Source of the DNA: Phormidium sp. | GTDB taxonomy: Bacteria > Cyanobacteriota > Cyanobacteriia > Cyanobacteriales > Aerosakkonemataceae | Assembly (NCBI GenBank): GCA_051013385.1 | Contig: CP143273.1 | Coordinates: forward strand, 96,001 to 160,000 | Length of the DNA stretch: 64,000 nucleotides | Direction: 5' to 3' | Shown: positions 39,833-48,822 of the stretch, in pieces | Layout: the number at the start of each line of letters is the position of its first letter | Position numbering within the stretch: the stretch's first letter is position 1 | Made by a program: the position numbers and the translations under genes | The notes under the pieces: model-generated | Database searches by the model: none | Seen by the model: only the letters and a program-made list of their open reading frames with translations | Told to the model about the DNA's origin: nothing

Positions 39833-41271
39833 ATGTATAAGCCTAAATCAGATTCAAAATTGAATACTGAGGGATGGAGTGCTATCGATTGGCGTAAGGT
39901 TGAGCGATATGTATTCAAGTTGCAAAAGCGCATCTACGCTGCTTCCCATTGCGGCAATGTCAAGCTAGTTCGCAAACTCCAAAGAACGCTGATGAGGTCT
40001 TGGTCTAATAGAGTTCTATCGGTACGACGGGTAACACAAGAGAATCAAGGTAAAAAGACGGCAGGTGTGGATGGAATAAAAAGTCTATCCCCAGTAGCGC
40101 GTATGAAACTTGTAGGGCAACTAAAACTCACTGGAAAATCCAAGCCTACCAGAAGAGTTTGGATACCAAAACCCGGAAGGGAAGAAAAACGCCCACTAGG
40201 GATACCCACAATGTACGACCGAGCTTTACAAGCCGTAGTTAAGACGGCTATAGAACCCGAATGGGAAGCTGTCTTTGAACCAAACAGCTACGGTTTTAGA
40301 CCAGGAAGGTCTTGCCACGATGCGATAAAACAGATTAAAAACTGTATCCAACAAAAGACTAAATTTGTACTAGATGCAGATATAGCCAAATGTTTTGACC
40401 GCATCAACCATTTAACTCTACTCCATTAGAATTGAAATCCGAAAAGACGAGGCTAACTCACACCCTCAACCCTGAGCTAAGTGAGGACGGTACTGCTGGC
40501 TTTGACTTTCTGGGTCATCACATACAGCAATACCCGACTGGTAAATATCAGAGTGCAAAAAACGCTGCTGGTAGGATATTGGGTTTCAAAACTCTCATCA
40601 CCCCATCCAAGAAGGCGAGTAAGGAACATCAAGAGGCAATCGGAAGACTCATCAAAAAACACAGGTCATCGCCGCAATCGGCGCTCATTGCAGACCTTAA
40701 CCCTGTGATCAGGGGATGGACTTCTTATTTCAGTAATTCCGATGCACAAACAGTTGGGCAATTAACAAAACAGGATTACCTCACATACCTGAAACTTCGC
40801 AGATGGGCAAAAAGACGCTGTGGAAACATCAATGACGGACACAAACGTTATTGGACATCCATAGGTAATAGAAACTGGGTATTCGCAACCAGGGAAGGGA
40901 ATGCGAACCCCCTCCGGTTACTTGCACATTCAGAACTCGGCAGCAGCAGCACTGAATATGTCAAGGTTAAAGACGATAAAAGCCCCTTCGATGGCGACAC
41001 AGTTTATTGGAGTACAAGAATGGGGACACACCCTGAAATGCCGAATCGAGCGGCTAAGTTGCTCAAACAACAAAAGGGTAAATGTTCCTATTGCGGATTA
41101 AGCTTCCAATCATGGGATGTAATGGAAGTAGACCATATAATCCCCAGAACGCTAGGTGGTAAGGATGAATGGAAAAACCTACAACTATTACATCGGCATT
41201 GTCATGACGAAAAGACTGCTAATGATGGCAGTGGAAGTCCTGTAATGACAAAAAGGAAGCACATTGAGTAG
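39833..41271 (+). pseudogene. ltrA: Group II intron RT/maturase/HNH with internal deletion and frameshift
   Basis: 39833-40429 encodes RT0-RT3 (GKKTAGVDG, RPLGIPT, SYGFRPGRS, LDADIAKCFD); 40432-41271 resumes at RT7 (KT...FDFLG), then domain X (LNPVIRGW) and HNH (EVDHI...LLHRHCH); PQG and YADD segments absent. Confidence 0.88.
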
Positions 41272-41455
41272 CCGTGTGCGATGAAAGTCGCACGCACGGT
41301 TTCGGATGGGAGGGGAGAAATAGTAATATTTCTCCTCGACCCTACCAATCTCCCGTCACAGCGTAGCTTGACGGTGAGAGTGTCAACTGCTTCTATTGCC
41401 TAATTCTATATTTAACTAAAAGCCTATCTCTAATTTTAGAGGTAGGCTTAATTAT

Positions 41456-41529
41456 TACACATCTTTAGGAATTCTTGTAGTAGAGACGTTGTATACAACG
41501 TCTCTACAATCTTTGAAAGGAGATGTCTA
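41456..41529. repeat. REP-like palindrome inside a short degenerate inverted-repeat element
   Basis: GTAGAGACGTTGTATACAACGTCTCTAC perfect palindrome; ends TACACATCT / AGATGTCTA. Confidence 0.6.
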
Positions 41530-41719
41530 TTGGATGGGAGCATTTAAGCGATCGCGATCGGACGAGTAATCGATCCGGTAGCACCTTTAACTCTAATCGG
41601 TGTGAGAATATAGGCAAATGCGGAAATGCGATCGCTATTCCCCGAACCCAATAATTTGCCAAAATTTTATCTTTTTTTAACCGCTCTGTCTCTGCAAGGG
41701 TATCAAATCCGATCTATCA

Positions 41720-41748
41720 TTGACTTAATAACTATTTGGTAATATACT
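41720..41748 (+). promoter_or_regulatory. Putative sigma70-type promoter
   Basis: TTGACT-N17-TATACT upstream of the Rieske gene. Confidence 0.55.
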
Positions 41749-41841
41749 TGTTAAAAAGTGTAAACTCGATACAGGGTTGGCGATCGTCAAAGCCATTGAC
41801 TCAGAAGCAAGTAATTACCATCAATTAAGGAAAAAACAAAT

Positions 41842-42375
41842 ATGGATAACAGCCTTCCGATAGATAACCCTTCCATGTCCCGAAGGCAATTGCTCAATTT
41901 TTTGACTGGTAGCGTCATTGCTTCCACTGCTGGAGCCGCACTTTATCCAGTAGCAAAATATTTTATTCCTCCAGCAGAAAGCAACGCTGGAGGAGCAATT
42001 ATCGCCAAAGATAAATTAGGAAATCCAATTCCTGCCAGCCAAATTTTAGCCGAACCAGCGGGAACACGCGCCTTAATAGCAGGGTTAGCTGGAGAACCAA
42101 CTTATTTAACAATCAAAGAAGATGGCACGCTGGAAAATGTCGGAATTGTCGATAATTGTACCCATTTAGGTTGTACATTTCCTTGGAATGAAATTGACCA
42201 ACAATTTCAATGTCCTTGTCACGGTTCTCGTTACAGTGCTGACGGTTCTGTATTGCGTGGTCCGGCTCCTTTACCACTCAAAATAGTTCATGTTGCGGTT
42301 CAAGAAAATACAATTTGGATTTCACCTTGGACGGAAATTGACCCCCGAACTGGAGAAACGCCTTGGTGGGTTTAA
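41842..42375 (+). CDS. petC: Cytochrome b6f Rieske iron-sulfur subunit paralog
   Basis: Tat motif SRRQLL, CTHLGC and CPCHGS boxes, GPAPLPL; not next to petA, so probably a secondary copy. Confidence 0.9.
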   Translation: MDNSLPIDNPSMSRRQLLNFLTGSVIASTAGAALYPVAKYFIPPAESNAGGAIIAKDKLGNPIPASQILAEPAGTRALIAGLAGEPTYLTIKEDGTLENVGIVDNCTHLGCTFPWNEIDQQFQCPCHGSRYSADGSVLRGPAPLPLKIVHVAVQENTIWISPWTEIDPRTGETPWWV

Positions 42376-42432
42376 TCAACTTAAATCTGGTCATTGAACT
42401 GCACATAAATTAGCCCCGAATCAAAGATAAAA

Positions 42433-42864
42433 ATGTTTCAAAGCGTCACTGAATCCTTAGCCATTGGTAATGTTGTCTCGCCGGAAGAATTGAGAGAAAT
42501 TTCCCAAAAAGGTTACAAGACAATCATTGATTTATGTACTGCTCCTGAAGGCAACCAACTGAAAGCAGAAGCAGTGGAAAAATTAGGGTTTAATTTAATC
42601 AGCATCCCAGTTGATAAACAAAAACTAACCCCAGAAATTTTACCAGCTTTTATGCAAGCGGTTAATTCTTCACCTCAGCCTATTTATACCCGTTGCGCGT
42701 CAGGTTTACGAGCCGGAATTCTGACTTTACTAACATTAGCCATTCAGGAAAATTGGACGGAACAGCAGTATTTGGAAAGAAGAGACGCTTTAGGAATTAA
42801 ACATCAACCCGGTTGTTTGTTAGCGGCTTTTGCTGAAGAATACTTTCAAGTGCAAAGCGTCTAA
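42433..42864 (+). CDS. DUF442/Blh-like sulfur-transferase or phosphatase domain protein
   Basis: GYKTIIDL and CASGLRA (Cx5R) motif. Confidence 0.75.
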   Translation: MFQSVTESLAIGNVVSPEELREISQKGYKTIIDLCTAPEGNQLKAEAVEKLGFNLISIPVDKQKLTPEILPAFMQAVNSSPQPIYTRCASGLRAGILTLLTLAIQENWTEQQYLERRDALGIKHQPGCLLAAFAEEYFQVQSV

Positions 42865-42923
42865 TACCAGGAATTAAAAGGTTTCACACTAAATCACGCA
42901 TGCTTTATTAGCAAGGAGAAACT

Positions 42924-43370
42924 GTGAAAATTGCTCTATCTAGTCAAAACACAAAATCTATTACTGGACACGCTGGACAGTGCCAAAAATTTTGGATTTA
43001 TGAAGTTAATGGCACAGAAGTTATCGACAAGAAGCTTCTAGAAATATCAAAGGAACAAACCTTTCATAATAGCGATCCTGACCTACCCCATCCTTTAGAT
43101 GATGTGCAAGTTTTAATATCTGGAGGAATGGGAAAAAATCTATCCCGTCGGTTGGAAAATAAGGGAATTGAAGCAATTGTTACGAAAGAAACTGATTTAG
43201 AGAAAGCGATCGCCGATTATCTAAATAATTCTCTAATCCGAGAAGATGCGGAATGTAATGAACACGATCATGAGCATGAGCATCATCACAAACATCAACA
43301 TCAACATCAACATCGACACCAGCATCAGCATCAACATCAACATGGTCGAGAATGTGAACATAGCAGTTGA
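42924..43370 (+). CDS. NifB/NifX-family cluster-binding protein with His-rich tail
   Basis: ITGHAGQCQKF, VLISGGMG; C-terminal (HQ/HE)n tract. Confidence 0.8.
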   Translation: MKIALSSQNTKSITGHAGQCQKFWIYEVNGTEVIDKKLLEISKEQTFHNSDPDLPHPLDDVQVLISGGMGKNLSRRLENKGIEAIVTKETDLEKAIADYLNNSLIREDAECNEHDHEHEHHHKHQHQHQHRHQHQHQHQHGRECEHSS

Positions 43371-43480
43371 TAACTTAACCTGATTGCATAAACTTTGCAG
43401 AATTTCGCTCAAGTGGGGAAATTTTTCCCCACTAACTACTTTTCCATCTAATTTACGGAGTAACAAGTAAAATTATAACT

Positions 43481-43936
43481 ATGTGGACAAGTTCGATCGT
43501 TGCTTATCTGCATTACTTAGGATTCATGTTAGCTTTTGCCGCCCTTACAGTAGAAATATTCAACTTAAAAACAGAAATCACCCTTGATGAAGCTAAAAGA
43601 GTCGCCTTTGCTGATGCAGCTTATGGTGCAGCTGCCACAATGATTTTGATTACTGGAGTATTGAGAGTTCTTTACTTTGGTAAAGGCACAGATTACTATT
43701 TAAGCAATCCATTTTTTTATGCTAAAATTGGTGTTTTCATTATTGTTAGTCTACTTTCCCTTTATCCAACATTCACCTTTTTAAGCTGGATTAAAAATTT
43801 CCAAATAGCTAAACCACCAACTTTAGAAAACACTCAAGTTAATCGATTATCTTGGCTAATTAAAGGCGAATTGTTGGGATTTGCTTTAATACCCTTACTA
43901 GCAGCAGTGATGACAAGAATTAGTAGTTGGAGTTAA
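43481..43936 (+). CDS. DUF2214-family membrane protein
   Basis: AYLHYL, D..YG, GKG.DYY..NPFF.AK, SLYPT motifs. Confidence 0.82.
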   Translation: MWTSSIVAYLHYLGFMLAFAALTVEIFNLKTEITLDEAKRVAFADAAYGAAATMILITGVLRVLYFGKGTDYYLSNPFFYAKIGVFIIVSLLSLYPTFTFLSWIKNFQIAKPPTLENTQVNRLSWLIKGELLGFALIPLLAAVMTRISSWS

Positions 43937-43949
43937 TGGAGTCAATGCT

Positions 43950-44939
43950 ATGCAAATTTCCAAGAAAGATTTATCAGAAAAGCAAGATCAAATCTACGAT
44001 GTAATTGTAATTGGTGGTGGTGCTGGCGGACTTTCTGCTGGGATTTACTTGCAACGCTACCGTCTTTCCTCTTTGATTATCGACAAAGGCAAAGCACGCT
44101 CTTTTTGGATACAAGAATTACACAATTATTTAGGCTTACCTCCAGATACACCTGGTCGTCTTTTACTCCAAAAAGGTAAGGAACATTTTCTCTCATTAGA
44201 TGGTGACTTACTCAATGGTTTTGTAGAACAAGTAATTGATGACGGAGAAACTTTTTTAATAAAAGTAAAATTTGGTCGAAAAAATAGCATTTATCCCGTA
44301 TTTCGAGCCAAGTATTTAATTGCTGCTAGTGGCATTATTGATAAATTACCCATGTTAGATGATATGCAGAATGTATATGAATATGCTGGGTATAATTTGC
44401 ACGTCTGCATGATTTGTGATGGGTACGAAATGACCGATAAAAAATGTGGTTTGTTTGTCGGAAGTGAAGCTAACATTCCTATAGTAGATAGTTTAAGTTG
44501 GTTTACTCCTAAAATCACAGTTTTCACTCATGGAGCATTTACAGTAAGTGAAGAAATACCTCTGCGATTAAAGAATTTAGGTTATCAATTGGTGGAAACT
44601 CCAATCAAAGGCTTTTTAGGTAAAAAAAATCAAATGACTGGGGTGGAATTGGTCGATGGTAGAGTAGTTGAACTAGAAACAGGTTTAATTGCAATGGGTT
44701 CAAATTATCACAACACTTATTTGCAAGGAATTCCTCTGGAAATGCAAGGTAATAACTTGGTGACAGATAAAATGGGAAGAACTTCTCATCCAAGAATTTT
44801 TGCCATTGGTGATTTAAAAGTAGGATTAAATCAAGTAATAGTTGCTGCGGGAGATGGTGCGTTAGCAGCGACAGAAATTTGGCGAGAAATTCGGCGTAAT
44901 GCGGGTGCTAAACCTTGGTTAGAAAATTTATCAGCTTGA
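43950..44939 (+). CDS. Thioredoxin reductase-like FAD/NAD(P) oxidoreductase
   Basis: IGGGAGG, CMICDG, TS.P.IFAIGD. Confidence 0.85.
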   Translation: MQISKKDLSEKQDQIYDVIVIGGGAGGLSAGIYLQRYRLSSLIIDKGKARSFWIQELHNYLGLPPDTPGRLLLQKGKEHFLSLDGDLLNGFVEQVIDDGETFLIKVKFGRKNSIYPVFRAKYLIAASGIIDKLPMLDDMQNVYEYAGYNLHVCMICDGYEMTDKKCGLFVGSEANIPIVDSLSWFTPKITVFTHGAFTVSEEIPLRLKNLGYQLVETPIKGFLGKKNQMTGVELVDGRVVELETGLIAMGSNYHNTYLQGIPLEMQGNNLVTDKMGRTSHPRIFAIGDLKVGLNQVIVAAGDGALAATEIWREIRRNAGAKPWLENLSA

Positions 44940-44945
44940 GGAAAG

Positions 44946-45428
44946 ATGCGAAAAATTTTACTTAATTTATTTGCCAGCTTGTTACTTCTAATTCTACCTG
45001 TTTGGCTAATCAATGCTCCATCAATGTTAGCTGCGTCTTTAGGTAATGAACTTGGGGAAAGTAGTGTGGTTGAGGCGATCGATCGCTTCCTCACCTCCAT
45101 TCCTAATGACTATTACACAATTAAACAAGTAGACCAGCTGAAAAGTATGAGCAAAAACAAAAATGCTCTATTAGTCGATGTCAGAGAACCTAATGAATAT
45201 AACTCTGGTCATATTCCAGGTGCGATTAATATTCCCTTACGAACTTTAACCCAAAAACTTGATAAAATCCCCCAAAATCGTCCAGTAATTCTCTACTGTA
45301 CAACTGGTTATCGCACTGCAATGGGAGTGATGTCTTTAGAAATGTTGGGATATCACAATGTTTCGGGTTTCCCTCCTAGTATTCAAGGTTGGAAAGCAGC
45401 AGGAGAACCTTTAGAAAGGTCTTATTGA
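44946..45428 (+). CDS. Exported rhodanese-like protein
   Basis: Signal-like N-terminus; DVREPNEY..GHIPGA, YCTTGYR. Confidence 0.88.
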   Translation: MRKILLNLFASLLLLILPVWLINAPSMLAASLGNELGESSVVEAIDRFLTSIPNDYYTIKQVDQLKSMSKNKNALLVDVREPNEYNSGHIPGAINIPLRTLTQKLDKIPQNRPVILYCTTGYRTAMGVMSLEMLGYHNVSGFPPSIQGWKAAGEPLERSY

Positions 45429-45516
45429 ATCATTTACCTAATTTCATAACCTCTAGATAAAAACATCTTAACCATGCCATGAGACGATTAGCAATTTGTG
45501 TAAGGAAGCTAAACTT

Positions 45517-48090
45517 ATGGCATTACAAATTTTCAGCATATTTGACAGTCGTTCTTACCTAGCAGAAAATCTAGATGTTGCCGTTGCTGCTAGTAGAGGC
45601 AATTTACCAGGGGGCCCATTACAACACTTTCTCCGCTTTGGACAATTTGAAAGTCGCGATCCTAGTAGTTTTTTCAACACTAACTTTTACTTACAAAGAA
45701 ATGCAGATGTCCGACTTGCGGTAAATGCAGGTGTTTTCCGCAGCGCTTTTGAACACTTCATCGCCGCCGGACAATTTGAAGGTCGCGATCCTAGCACTCT
45801 TTTTAATAGCAACTTTTATTTACAAAGAAATACAGATGTTCAACAAGCTGTAAATAATAGAAGTATCAGAAGTGCTTTAACACACTTCATTGACTTTGGA
45901 CAATTTGAACAACGTCAACCCAGCATAGAGTTTAATCCCAGTTTTTATTTACGACAAAATCCCGATGTTCAAGCAGCAGTTACAGTTGGTACTATTGGTA
46001 GTGCTTTCCAGCATTTTGTTCAGTTCGGCAGATCGGAAGGTCGGTCTGGGGGAGTGGGAACAGTTCCTGGCGGTTTCTTACTTCAGTTATTACACGCTTC
46101 CGACTTTGAAGCGGGAATTGCAGCATTAGATGATGCGCCGAGAATGTCATCTGTAGTTAATGGTTTGCGATCGCAATTTCCCCAAAATACCCTATTCCTT
46201 TCCTCTGGCGATAATTACATTCCCGGCCCCTTTTTAGCAGCTAGCAGCGACCCATCTTTAAGAACAGCTTTAGGCAGAGAAGATATCGGTCGTGGAGATA
46301 TTACAATTCTCAATGCAATGGGTGTACAAGCTAGCGCTTTCGGCAACCACGAATTCGACCAAGGTACTAGACAAGTTAGAACTTTAATCGCCAGAGATCG
46401 TGAATATTCCGGCACAAACTTTCCTTATTTAAGCGCCAATTTAAACTTTGCCCCCGATGCTAACTTGCGAGATTTAGTAGTACCAGATGGGCAAGAAGCC
46501 AGTACTATTCCTAACAGTATTGCTAAAAGCACTGTGATTACAGTTAATGGCGAAAGAATTGGAATTCTTGGTGCAACTACCCCCACATTACGAAGCATTT
46601 CTGCACCAGGAGATGTAGGAATTTCACCCTCCAACCCCAATGAATTAGATGCTTTAGCTGCCACAATTCAACCATCAGTTGATGCCTTAACAGGTCAAGG
46701 AATAAATAAAATTATTCTGTTGGCACACTTGCAACAATTAGATTTAGAAATAAACTTAGCTCCCAAGTTGCGAAATGTAGATATAATTGTAGCTGGTGGT
46801 TCACATACATTGTTATCTGATTCTAGCGATCGCTTAAGAGCAGGAGACACATCAGGCGGCATTTATCCCCAATTAAGAACCTCTGCCACAGGCGAACCAG
46901 TAGTAGTAGTAAATACCACCAGTAACTATAGATATGTTGGTCGTTTAGTTACTGAATTCGATGCTCAAGGCAGACTAGTTACCCAAAGTTTAAATCCTGA
47001 AATTAACGGTGCATACGCCACAGATCAACAAGGAGTAATTGCCACAGGAAACGCCGCCCCAAATGCCAAAGTTGTCGAAGTAACCCAAGCATTAAGAAAC
47101 GTCATTAATACCAAAGACGCGCAAATTTTTGGACGCACTAGCGTTTACTTAAATGGGGAAAGAAACTCAGTGCGTACCGAAGAAACAAACTTAGGAAACT
47201 TAACCGCAGATGCCAATCTTGCCGCCGCTAGAGCGATCGATCCCTCAGTAGTAATTTCCCTCAAAAATGGCGGTGGAATTCGGGAAGCTATAGGTGCAAT
47301 TATTGGCACTGGAGGCAACGATCCAAATGCCGGACAAAGGATTCCTCCTGTAGCTAATCCCGCCGTTGGTAAGGAAGCTGGACAAATTTCTACCCTGGAT
47401 ATTGAAAACAGTTTGAGATTCAACAATCAGTTAACCTTGTTAACATTAACCGCCCAACAATTACAACAAGTAATAGAACATGGAGTCGCTGACAGTGGCC
47501 CAGGAAGAACCCCCGGACGTTTTCCCCAAGTAGCAGGAATTGCATTTAGTTTCGATCCTAATCGACCTACGGGAAATCGAGTAGTATCTTTAGCTATCAA
47601 AAATGCTAATGGTGTTACTACCGATGTTGTAGTACAAAATGGGCAATTAGTTGGCGATCCAAATCGCACTTTCCGCACAGTTACTTTAAACTTTTTAGCT
47701 GGTGGTGGTGATGGTTATCCCTTCCCGAATTTCCCCGCTAGAAATCAAGTAGAAACAGGCATTGGCGAACAAACAGCATTAGCAAATTATTTAACCCAAA
47801 GATTTGCTAATACTCCTTTTAATGTTACAGATGTAGGAGTAGCGCAAGATACCAGAATACAAAATTTAACCGCAAGAACCGACACCGTAATTGCCGGAAC
47901 TTCAGCACCACAATCTTTTGCGAGTATGGCGTTTACTGATAATTTAACACCAAATCCTTCGATGTTTGTATTGGCACAAAGCTTTGAAAATCCATTGCTT
48001 CAACCAAGTGGAGTTTCACCTAATTATTTAGAAGTTAATCAGCAACTATCGCCTGATTTTCTAAATATGGCAGAAACTACTTTTTTGTAG
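45517..48090 (+). CDS. Bifunctional metallophosphatase/5'-nucleotidase with N-terminal repeats
   Basis: LLHASDFE, SSGDN, GNHEFD, ETNLGNLTADA, NGGGIR, FLAGGGDGY; four N-terminal 'FYL..N.DV...HF...GQFE.R.PS' repeats. Confidence 0.88.
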   Translation: MALQIFSIFDSRSYLAENLDVAVAASRGNLPGGPLQHFLRFGQFESRDPSSFFNTNFYLQRNADVRLAVNAGVFRSAFEHFIAAGQFEGRDPSTLFNSNFYLQRNTDVQQAVNNRSIRSALTHFIDFGQFEQRQPSIEFNPSFYLRQNPDVQAAVTVGTIGSAFQHFVQFGRSEGRSGGVGTVPGGFLLQLLHASDFEAGIAALDDAPRMSSVVNGLRSQFPQNTLFLSSGDNYIPGPFLAASSDPSLRTALGREDIGRGDITILNAMGVQASAFGNHEFDQGTRQVRTLIARDREYSGTNFPYLSANLNFAPDANLRDLVVPDGQEASTIPNSIAKSTVITVNGERIGILGATTPTLRSISAPGDVGISPSNPNELDALAATIQPSVDALTGQGINKIILLAHLQQLDLEINLAPKLRNVDIIVAGGSHTLLSDSSDRLRAGDTSGGIYPQLRTSATGEPVVVVNTTSNYRYVGRLVTEFDAQGRLVTQSLNPEINGAYATDQQGVIATGNAAPNAKVVEVTQALRNVINTKDAQIFGRTSVYLNGERNSVRTEETNLGNLTADANLAAARAIDPSVVISLKNGGGIREAIGAIIGTGGNDPNAGQRIPPVANPAVGKEAGQISTLDIENSLRFNNQLTLLTLTAQQLQQVIEHGVADSGPGRTPGRFPQVAGIAFSFDPNRPTGNRVVSLAIKNANGVTTDVVVQNGQLVGDPNRTFRTVTLNFLAGGGDGYPFPNFPARNQVETGIGEQTALANYLTQRFANTPFNVTDVGVAQDTRIQNLTARTDTVIAGTSAPQSFASMAFTDNLTPNPSMFVLAQSFENPLLQPSGVSPNYLEVNQQLSPDFLNMAETTFL

Positions 48091-48164
48091 GATAAGCAGA
48101 AGTTCAAAAGGCAGAAAAAGGGCAATAAAAAAGCTAACAAAGTCAATCCTCTATTCTGCCTTCC

Positions 48165-48590
48165 TTAAGAATTCATCAGTCGTTGCACTTGAATTTGTAC
48201 ATCTGGAAAAGCAACAGGAGACACCAACCCACTTTTGAAAGTTTGTTCAGTAGTATAGCGATCGTTCTCTAAATCTCGAAAAACTTTAAGTTCCCTATCC
48301 TGAAGATTTATTACCCAATATTCAGCGATACCAGCTTCGCCATAAATTGCTTTTTTCTCGTTTAAATCTTTGTCAAGAGTAGTGTTTGAAAACTCAATCA
48401 GCCAAAAAATGTCATCGGGATAGGGATGGTGTTCTAGATAAACTGCTCCCAGTGGTTTTACAATTGCTAAATCTGGAATTGGTTCCGAGTCATTGGGTAG
48501 AGTGATGGGGTGCGCTTCACGGATTTTTACTCGATTTCCCAGCAATACCCGTAAATAATCCCCAACTTCGCTATTGTAGTAAGCATGGGC
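48165..48590 (-). pseudogene. Uma2-family endonuclease, N-terminally truncated
   Basis: SEPIPDLAIV, K..IY.EAGIAEYWVINL motifs; no proper N-terminus. Confidence 0.65.
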
Positions 48591-48773
48591 ATGGAACCAG
48601 ATCAAGATGTTCGATTGAGTGAATTACTCGATCGCCAACAAGCAGGTATTCTAGTTGAAAATGAGCGACTAGAGTTACAAAATCTCATGCAAATTTATCA
48701 GGAGGAACTACTGCGAAAAGCGATCGCCCTCAGTGAAGCTGTCAAGCGTGGACTAATGGAACCTTTAAGCTAG
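48585..48773 (+). pseudogene. Fragment of a small antitoxin-like protein
   Basis: RLSELLDRQQAG.L...ER.EL...LRKA.AL.EAVKRGL resembles the C-terminal half of small cyanobacterial proteins; abuts the Uma2 fragment head-to-head. Confidence 0.45.
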
Positions 48774-48822
48774 TGAGTCAAATTTCAGTTAGTATTACTG
48801 TATGGTTAATCGTGTAACAACA

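Larger units (their letters stand above)
36863..41346 (+). mobile_element. Group II intron (IIB/chloroplast-like) with nested IS607-type element and internally deleted RT
   Basis: 5' GTGCG at 36863; TTCGTTC pairs with GAACGAA (about 39629-39635) closing domain I; domain V AGCCGTGTGCGATGAAAGTCGCACGCACGGTT; domain VI with bulged A at 41339; 3' end 41345 or 41346. Confidence 0.85.
35527..41386 (+). mobile_element. IS200/IS605-family tnpB-only element, interrupted by a group II intron
   Basis: Left hairpin ATCTCCCGTTACAACGCAGTTTAACGGGAGAT (about 35537-35568) resembles right hairpin ATCTCCCGTCACAGCGTAGCTTGACGGTGAGA ending TCAA at 41386; left boundary approximate. Confidence 0.75.

Noticed and set aside
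39833..41271. Retron, DGR or defence-associated RT
   Set aside because: RT0, domain X, HNH and flanking ribozyme domains V and VI identify a group II intron protein
42924..43370. NifX-like gene as evidence of nitrogen fixation
   Set aside because: No other nif genes in the window; the family occurs outside nif clusters
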